A DNA stretch of 64,000 nucleotides from Thermodesulfobacteriota bacterium (GTDB lineage: Bacteria > Desulfobacterota > Desulfobacteria > Desulfobacterales > SURF-7). The position numbers were made by a program, and so were the translations under genes. Numbering within the stretch: the first letter of the stretch is position 1; every line of letters begins with the position of its first letter. Positions 58,165 to 64,000 of the stretch are shown here, one piece after another. The stretch lies in contig JBMORA010000014.1 in the NCBI GenBank assembly GCA_049320885.1, positions 64,001-128,000 of the forward strand. Reading direction: 5' to 3'. The notes below the pieces were generated by a model, which was not told where the DNA came from, did not search any database, and saw only the letters and a program-made list of their open reading frames with translations.

Positions 58165-59514
58165 ATGGAAGACATACTGGACAAGATCAAGGCCAAGGAT
58201 CCGGGGGAAAAAGCCTTCCACCAGGCGATCAGCGAAGTATTCTTATCCGTCAGACCCGTCCTGGATCGGCATCCGGAATACCGCCACCAAAAAATTCTGG
58301 AACGAATCGCGGAACCGGAGCGCGTGATCCTTTTCCGGGTGCCATGGATGGACGATCGCGGCGTACCCCAGGTCAACCGGGGTTTTCGGATTGAAATGAA
58401 CAGCGCCATCGGACCGTACAAAGGCGGACTTCGATTTCATCCGTCCGTGAATCTGTCGATTCTCAAATTCCTGGCGTTCGAACAGGTTTTCAAGAATGCG
58501 CTGACCTCCCTGCCGCTGGGAGGGGGAAAGGGCGGCTCCGATTTCGACCCAAAAGGAAAATCCGACAACGAGGTCATGCGGTTCTGCCAGAGTTTCATGG
58601 CGGAACTGTACCGGCATATCGGACCCGACACGGATGTTCCGGCCGGAGATATCGGCGTGGGCGCGCGGGAAATCGGCTTCCTGTTCGGCATGTATAAGAA
58701 ACTCCGCAATGAGTTTACCGGCGTGTTGACCGGTAAAAGCCTCAACTGGGGGGGCAGCCTGATCCGGCCGGAGGCCACCGGTTACGGATGCGTCTATTTC
58801 GCGGCGGAAATGCTCGCGACCCGCAATGAGAACATGAAGGACAAGATTTGTCTGGTATCCGGATCGGGAAATGTCGCCCAGTTCACGGCTGAAAAAATTT
58901 TGGCGTTGGGCGGCAGGGTGATCACGCTTTCCGATTCATCCGGCTGCATTGTCGACGAGGCCGGCATCGACGCGGAAAAACTGGCCTTTGTCAAATCCTT
59001 GAAGAATGTGCGGCGCGGCCGTATCAAGGAATACGCGGACAGTTATCCAAACGCGATTTACATTCCCCGGGATCCGACGGAGGAATGCAATCCCATCTGG
59101 AATCAACCGGCGGATTGCGCGTTTCCCTGCGCAACGGAAAATGAGATCAACGGCCGGGATGCGGAGCATCTTGTGGATAATGGCGTAATCCTGGTTGCCG
59201 AAGGCGCCAACATGCCGACAACGCCCGAAGGAGTGGATGTCTTCCTGGACCGGGGGATTCTCTATGCGCCTGGAAAGGCGGCCAACGCCGGCGGGGTGGC
59301 TGTTTCCGGCCTGGAGATGTCCCAGAACAGCATGCGGCTGCATTGGCCCAAGGCGGAAGTGGAGGACCGGCTCCGGATGATCATGAAGAACATCCACAAA
59401 AGCTGCCTGGAGGCGGCTGAAAAGTACGGGTCGCCGCGGAACTATGTCATCGGCGCCAACATCGCCGGGTTTGTGAAAGTGGTTGAGGCCATGCTTGATC
59501 AGGGACTTGTCTGA
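58165..59514 (+). CDS. gdhA: NADP-type hexameric glutamate dehydrogenase
   Basis: GPYKGGLRFHP, GGGKGGSDFDPK, DVPAGDIGVG, RPEATGYG, GSGNVA, KAANAGGV. Confidence 0.97.
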   Translation: MEDILDKIKAKDPGEKAFHQAISEVFLSVRPVLDRHPEYRHQKILERIAEPERVILFRVPWMDDRGVPQVNRGFRIEMNSAIGPYKGGLRFHPSVNLSILKFLAFEQVFKNALTSLPLGGGKGGSDFDPKGKSDNEVMRFCQSFMAELYRHIGPDTDVPAGDIGVGAREIGFLFGMYKKLRNEFTGVLTGKSLNWGGSLIRPEATGYGCVYFAAEMLATRNENMKDKICLVSGSGNVAQFTAEKILALGGRVITLSDSSGCIVDEAGIDAEKLAFVKSLKNVRRGRIKEYADSYPNAIYIPRDPTEECNPIWNQPADCAFPCATENEINGRDAEHLVDNGVILVAEGANMPTTPEGVDVFLDRGILYAPGKAANAGGVAVSGLEMSQNSMRLHWPKAEVEDRLRMIMKNIHKSCLEAAEKYGSPRNYVIGANIAGFVKVVEAMLDQGLV

Positions 59515-59594
59515 CCCCCACGGTTTGTTCATGTGTCTGGTATGGAAATTCAGGAGGCCTTTGTTCGTACGCCATCATTCTCCAGGAGGTTGGT

Positions 59595-60917
59595 ATGAAA
59601 ATGCCCGTCATCAAGACCCCGTTACCGGGTCCCAACGCCAAAAAACGCATCAAGGTCGACCAGAAATACGTATCGCCTTCCTATACCCGGGTTTATCCGC
59701 TGGTGGTGGATAAGGCCAAGGGGGTCTGGATCCATGATGTGGACGGCAACATGTTTTTGGATTTCACTTCCGGCATCGCGGTCTGCGCCACCGGTCATTG
59801 CCATCCCAAGGTGGTGGACAGCATCGTCAAGCAGGCGAAACGGCTGCTGCATATGTCCGGGACCGATTTTTACTATACGCCACAGATCGATCTGGCGCAA
59901 AAACTGTCGGCCATCGCCCCCGGGAAAGGGGTAAAAAAGGTGTATTTCGGCAATTCCGGTGCGGAAGCCGTTGAGGCAGCCTTCAAGCTTGCCAGGTGGC
60001 ATACCCGCCGGGAGCTGAATATCGCGTTTTTCGGCGCGTTCCACGGCCGGACCATGGGCGCCCTTTCCCTGACCGCCAGTAAAACCGTGCAGAAACGGCA
60101 TTATAACCCGCTGGTTCCGGGTATCACCCATATTCCTTATGCCTATTGCTACCGCTGCCCCTATAATCTGACCTATCCGAAATGCGATATCGCCTGCGTG
60201 GACTGGGTGGAGAACACCCTGTTCCGGACAACCATCCCGCCGGAAGAAGTCGCCGCCATTTTCGTCGAACCCATCCAGGGCGAGGGGGGTTATATTGTTC
60301 CGCCGCCGGAATTTCATCAGAAACTTCATCGCCTGGCCCAGCGTTACGGGATCCTCTACATCGCCGATGAGGTCCAATCCGGAATGGGCCGGACCGGCAG
60401 AATGTTTGCCATGGAGCACTTCGGCGTGGATCCGGACATCATGTCCCTGGCCAAGGGGATCGCCTCCGGCCTTCCCCTGGGGGCCATGGTGGCGCGTTCC
60501 GAAATCATGACCTGGGAAGCCGGCTCCCATGCCTCCACCTTCGGCGGCAACCCCCTTTCCTGCCAGGCGGCGCTGCAAACCATCGAACTGCTAGAACAGA
60601 ATTTGATCGAAAACGCCCGTCGGCAGGGCGAGCGGCTGATGGCCGGGCTCCGCGAAATCCAGAAGGAGCATGAATGCATCGGCGATGTCCGCGGCAAGGG
60701 ACTGATGATCGGCGTCGAATTGGTGGCGGACCGTGAAACCAAAAAGCCGGCCGGCGACCAGCGCGGACGGATCATCCGCGGGGCTTTCGAGAAGGGGCTG
60801 CTCCTGCTGGGCTGCGGCATCAACAGCCTGCGGTTTTGCCCGGCGCTTTCCGTTTCATCGCCGGAAATCGATGCCTGTTTGTCCATTTTTCATGATGTCA
60901 TCCGCCAGACCCGTTGA
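59595..60917 (+). CDS. Class III PLP aminotransferase (ornithine/lysine/GABA omega-aminotransferase type)
   Basis: DVDGN.FLDF, SGAEAVE, FHGRT, EPIQGEGG, DEVQSGMGRTG, AKG, STFGGN. Confidence 0.9.
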   Translation: MKMPVIKTPLPGPNAKKRIKVDQKYVSPSYTRVYPLVVDKAKGVWIHDVDGNMFLDFTSGIAVCATGHCHPKVVDSIVKQAKRLLHMSGTDFYYTPQIDLAQKLSAIAPGKGVKKVYFGNSGAEAVEAAFKLARWHTRRELNIAFFGAFHGRTMGALSLTASKTVQKRHYNPLVPGITHIPYAYCYRCPYNLTYPKCDIACVDWVENTLFRTTIPPEEVAAIFVEPIQGEGGYIVPPPEFHQKLHRLAQRYGILYIADEVQSGMGRTGRMFAMEHFGVDPDIMSLAKGIASGLPLGAMVARSEIMTWEAGSHASTFGGNPLSCQAALQTIELLEQNLIENARRQGERLMAGLREIQKEHECIGDVRGKGLMIGVELVADRETKKPAGDQRGRIIRGAFEKGLLLLGCGINSLRFCPALSVSSPEIDACLSIFHDVIRQTR

Positions 60918-60930
60918 AAGGAGATACCTG

Positions 60931-62457
60931 ATGAAATCCATTCTGGATCGGCTGGGGTTTTCCGGACCGCTTTCCGGGGCGGGCGCCGGGACATGGCTGG
61001 ATTGCCGCGGGAAATCCGTTGCCTCCGTTTCCCCCATTCACGGAAAGACCGTTGGCGAGATCCGGTGCGCGGGGAAAAAAGAATATGAACGGGTCATACG
61101 CCAGGCGGTGAGCGGTTTCATGGAATGGCGGCGGATTCCGGCGCCGAAACGAGGGGAAGTGGTGCGCCAGATCGCGCAAGCCCTGAGGGAGCATAAAAGG
61201 GAACTCGGCGCCTTGGTCAGTCTGGAGGTCGGGAAAATCCTGACGGAAGGCGAAGGGGAAGTACAGGAGATGATCGATATCGCCGATTTTGCTGTCGGGC
61301 AGTCTCGGATGCTGTATGGACTCAGCATGCACAGCGAGCGCCCGGACCACCGGATGTACGAACAGTGGCACCCCCTGGGACCTGTCGGCGTGATCACCGC
61401 TTTCAATTTTCCGGTGGCGGTATGGGCATGGAACGCCATGCTCGCCATGATCGCCGGAGACACGGTGATCTGGAAGCCTTCGTCGAAAGCGCCTTTGTGC
61501 GCCATAGCCGTATCGGAAATCGCCTGGAGGGTTCTCCGGGCAAATCGGTTGCCGGAGGGGATCCTCTGTCTGCTTATCGGCGACCGCCAACATATCGGTG
61601 AGCCGTTGGTCGCGGACACCCGGATTCCGCTGATCTCCGCCACCGGAAGCGTGCGCATGGGAAAGGCGGTCGCCGCAACAGTCGCCGGGCGCCTGGGCAG
61701 GACTCTCCTGGAACTGGGCGGCAACAATGCCGTGATCGTCACGCCCCAGGCCGATCTAGGAATGGCCGTGCGCGCCATTGTTTTCGGCGCCGTGGGAACC
61801 GCCGGGCAAAGGTGCACCAGCACGCGCCGGGTGATCGCCCATCGGGCGATTTATGAGGAACTGAAGGAGGCGCTTCTATCAGCCTACCGGCAGGTTACCA
61901 TCGGCAATCCCTTGGAGGAAGGCGTGTTGATGGGGCCGCTCATCGACCGCCAGGCGGTGGACAACATGCGGAAGGCGCTTGGAACCATCGAGGGCCAGGG
62001 CGGCAGGGTTCTGTACGGCGGAGAGGTGCTGAAGGGCGGCAAATACAGAGCCGGTACCTATGTGACACCCTGTATATGTGAGGTCCCCCGGGAGCTGCCC
62101 ATCATCCGCGAGGAAATATTCGCGCCGATCCTTTATCTGATTTCCTGTGATTCCCTGGAGGAAGCCATTGCCATCCAGAATGACGTGCCCCAGGGGCTGT
62201 CGTCGGCGATCTTCACCCGGCATCTCCAGGAGGCTGAAAAATTTCTTTGCTGCGCCGGCAGCGATTGCGGGATCGCCAATGTCAATATCGGCACTTCCGG
62301 AGCCGAAATCGGCGGCGCCTTCGGCGGTGAGAAGGAAACCGGCGGCGGCCGGGAGGCCGGATCAGACGCTTGGCGCGCTTACATGCGTCGGCAGACCAAT
62401 ACCATCAACTGGTCCGCGGATTTGCCGCTGGCCCAGGGAATACGGTTCGAACTCTGA
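60931..62457 (+). CDS. Aldehyde dehydrogenase family 7 (P6C/alpha-aminoadipate semialdehyde dehydrogenase-like)
   Basis: EGEGEVQEMIDI.DFAVG.SR, SERPDH, AFNFPVAV, LELGGNN, GQRCT, GTSGAEIGGAFGGEKETGGGRE, LPLAQGI.F. Confidence 0.9.
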   Translation: MKSILDRLGFSGPLSGAGAGTWLDCRGKSVASVSPIHGKTVGEIRCAGKKEYERVIRQAVSGFMEWRRIPAPKRGEVVRQIAQALREHKRELGALVSLEVGKILTEGEGEVQEMIDIADFAVGQSRMLYGLSMHSERPDHRMYEQWHPLGPVGVITAFNFPVAVWAWNAMLAMIAGDTVIWKPSSKAPLCAIAVSEIAWRVLRANRLPEGILCLLIGDRQHIGEPLVADTRIPLISATGSVRMGKAVAATVAGRLGRTLLELGGNNAVIVTPQADLGMAVRAIVFGAVGTAGQRCTSTRRVIAHRAIYEELKEALLSAYRQVTIGNPLEEGVLMGPLIDRQAVDNMRKALGTIEGQGGRVLYGGEVLKGGKYRAGTYVTPCICEVPRELPIIREEIFAPILYLISCDSLEEAIAIQNDVPQGLSSAIFTRHLQEAEKFLCCAGSDCGIANVNIGTSGAEIGGAFGGEKETGGGREAGSDAWRAYMRRQTNTINWSADLPLAQGIRFEL

Positions 62458-62471
62458 CAAGGAATGGATCA

Positions 62472-62987
62472 ATGAAAGGATATGTGCAGGTGTATACCGG
62501 CGACGGCAAGGGGAAAACAACCGCGGCCTTAGGGCTGGCGTTGCGGGCTTACGGCGCCGGCTTGAACGTCTATATCGCCCAGTTCGTCAAAGGCATGCAA
62601 TATAGTGAACTCGACGCCGTTGCAAAACTGGCGGATCACATCACCATCAAACAATACGGCCGGGGATGCTTCATCAGAAATGTCCCGCAACCGGAGGATT
62701 TCGCGGCAGCCAGGGAAGCTCTCGAAGAGGTGCGACGGATCATGGGTTCGGGAAGATATCAGGTGGTGATCCTGGACGAGGCCAATATCGCCACTTTCTA
62801 CAATCTGTTCAGCGTCGATGAGCTCCTGGAAGTCATCCGTGAGAAACCGGAGTCCGTGGAGCTGGTCATTACGGGGAGAAGAGCGGATGCGCGCATCATC
62901 GAGGCGGCGGATCTGGTGACGGAAATGAGGGAAATCAAGCATTACTACCAGAGAGGCATCCAGGCCAGGGAGGGTATCGAGAAGTGA
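62472..62987 (+). CDS. cobO: Cob(I)alamin adenosyltransferase, CobA/CobO/BtuR type
   Basis: YTGDGKGKTTAALG, QFVKG, ILDE, ITGR, ADLVTEM..IKH. Confidence 0.9.
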   Translation: MKGYVQVYTGDGKGKTTAALGLALRAYGAGLNVYIAQFVKGMQYSELDAVAKLADHITIKQYGRGCFIRNVPQPEDFAAAREALEEVRRIMGSGRYQVVILDEANIATFYNLFSVDELLEVIREKPESVELVITGRRADARIIEAADLVTEMREIKHYYQRGIQAREGIEK

Positions 62988-63766
62988 TTTTCGTATTTGA
63001 TGACAGCCGTCTGCTGGTCGTCCGGCATGCACAGGAGATCCGCATCCCCGAAGAAGGCGATCTGGAACGCTGCGGAATCGCCGTGATCCGCAGGCAGCAG
63101 ATCGGCTCCCTTGGCGAGCGCCCCTGTTTCGCGGCTGAAATGGCCGACGCCGGCGGTTTTCTGCCGGAGAACTACGAATTGAGAGAGCTGCGGTCTTTAT
63201 TTTCGGAAATGGATGAAGAGATCTTCTGGGCGGCGGGTCGGGCCAATCAGCTGGTCCATTGGCAGCAGACCCATCTTTATTGCGGGGCCTGCGGCCGTCC
63301 GACCCAGGACAAGTCCGACGAACGCGCCAAAATTTGCACCGCCTGCGGATTGGTAAACTATCCGCGATTATCGCCGGCCATGATCGTCGCCGTATTGAAG
63401 GACGACAAAATCCTCCTGGCGCGCAATAAGCGCTTTCAGATACCGATTTACAGCGTGCTAGCCGGCTTTGTGGAACCGGGAGAAACTCTGGAGGCCTGTG
63501 TCGAGCGTGAGGTTGAGGAGGAAGTCGGTATCCGGGTCCGGAATATCCGATATTTCGGCAGTCAGCCGTGGCCGTTTCCCAATTCTCTGATGATTGCCTT
63601 CACTGCGGAGTATGCCGGAGGAGAAATTGCCCCCGACCCGGCGGAAATCACGGATGCGGGCTGGTACCCGGCGGACGACCTGCCGCGGATTCCCTCAAAA
63701 ATGAGCATCGCCGGAAAACTGATTGACTGGTTTTGCCGGCGGAAACCGTCTTCCCCTGAACAATAG
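62984..63766 (+). CDS. nudC: NADH pyrophosphatase
   Basis: Zn finger CGAC..CTAC, Nudix box GFVEPGETLEACVEREVEEEVG, SQPWPFPNS. Confidence 0.93.
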   Translation: MIFVFDDSRLLVVRHAQEIRIPEEGDLERCGIAVIRRQQIGSLGERPCFAAEMADAGGFLPENYELRELRSLFSEMDEEIFWAAGRANQLVHWQQTHLYCGACGRPTQDKSDERAKICTACGLVNYPRLSPAMIVAVLKDDKILLARNKRFQIPIYSVLAGFVEPGETLEACVEREVEEEVGIRVRNIRYFGSQPWPFPNSLMIAFTAEYAGGEIAPDPAEITDAGWYPADDLPRIPSKMSIAGKLIDWFCRRKPSSPEQ

Positions 63767-63803
63767 GCCACTATCCACACAACATGCTGTATTCACAAAT
63801 TTA

Positions 63804-63832
63804 TTGACACTGGGTAGCGCTTGGCATATGCT
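63804..63832 (+). promoter_or_regulatory. Sigma-70-type promoter for the next gene
   Basis: TTGACA-17bp-TATGCT. Confidence 0.55.
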
Positions 63833-63956
63833 CGTTTCCCGAAACCGCCGGGACGGCTCCCTGTGAAAAACGAAATGAGACGTTCACGGCCCGTTGATTG
63901 CAAGCGCTTTTCGACTCCCAACATGAATGCGCTCCGACTGCCGGCAATGTGATGAA

Positions 63957-64000
63957 ATGATATCCGAAGAAGAAAAATCCGAAGAACGCAGGCAACAGAC
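63957..64000 (+). CDS. Possible 5' end of a CDS running off the window
   Basis: ATG..MISEEEKSEERRQQ; only 14 codons are visible. Confidence 0.3.
   Translation, partial: MISEEEKSEERRQQ

Noticed and set aside
63781..63798. Rex-like half-site (TTCACAA) before the last promoter
   Set aside because: The left half does not match
1..64000. CRISPR arrays, tRNA/rRNA, transposases, prophage or defence genes, selenocysteine or frameshift recoding
   Set aside because: No spaced repeats, RNA-gene signatures or matching proteins were seen, and the recognised genes appear full length

Overview
A gene-dense 64-kb chromosomal segment with about 50 CDSs, most likely from a sulfate-reducing Desulfobacterota bacterium (inferred from sat, a tungsten-type AOR, several sigma-54 activators and pilMNOPQ). 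I found no rRNA, tRNA, CRISPR array or mobile element. In order: a DASS/SLC13 transporter-CBS-2x receiver operon divergent from a PAS(Cys)-sigma-54 activator plus NifX-family gene; iron-sulfur flavoprotein; stand-alone sat; dodecin, STAS and U32 genes; cobU-cobS-cobD-cbiR; a cheA-cheW-cheB-cheR-HEAT/REC cluster; a His-rich mini-protein; PBP1A; TetR; HTH-pilMNOPQ; a beta-barrel; recN; a degenerate YchF; a second dodecin; PilZ, Ser/Thr kinase-like and hybrid histidine kinase genes; livKHMGF; NAD kinase; a GAF sigma-54 activator-AOR-class II aldolase operon; a second PilZ and hybrid kinase; and a receiver/dikinase-like gene leading gdhA, an omega-aminotransferase, ALDH7, cobO and nudC. The best candidates for undescribed biology are: (1) tandem NrdR-like boxes upstream of the type IV pilus operon; (2) a receiver + ATP-grasp + phospho-His 'dikinase' lacking the PEP-binding domain, upstream of gdhA; (3) a sigma-54/Fe-S-sensor-controlled anion-transport module near sat; (4) an AOR paired with a tandem-domain aldolase; (5) a Hanks-type kinase with a large insertion; (6) a PBP1A whose SxxK lysine reads Gln. 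All functional calls come from motif recognition by eye; no database search was run.
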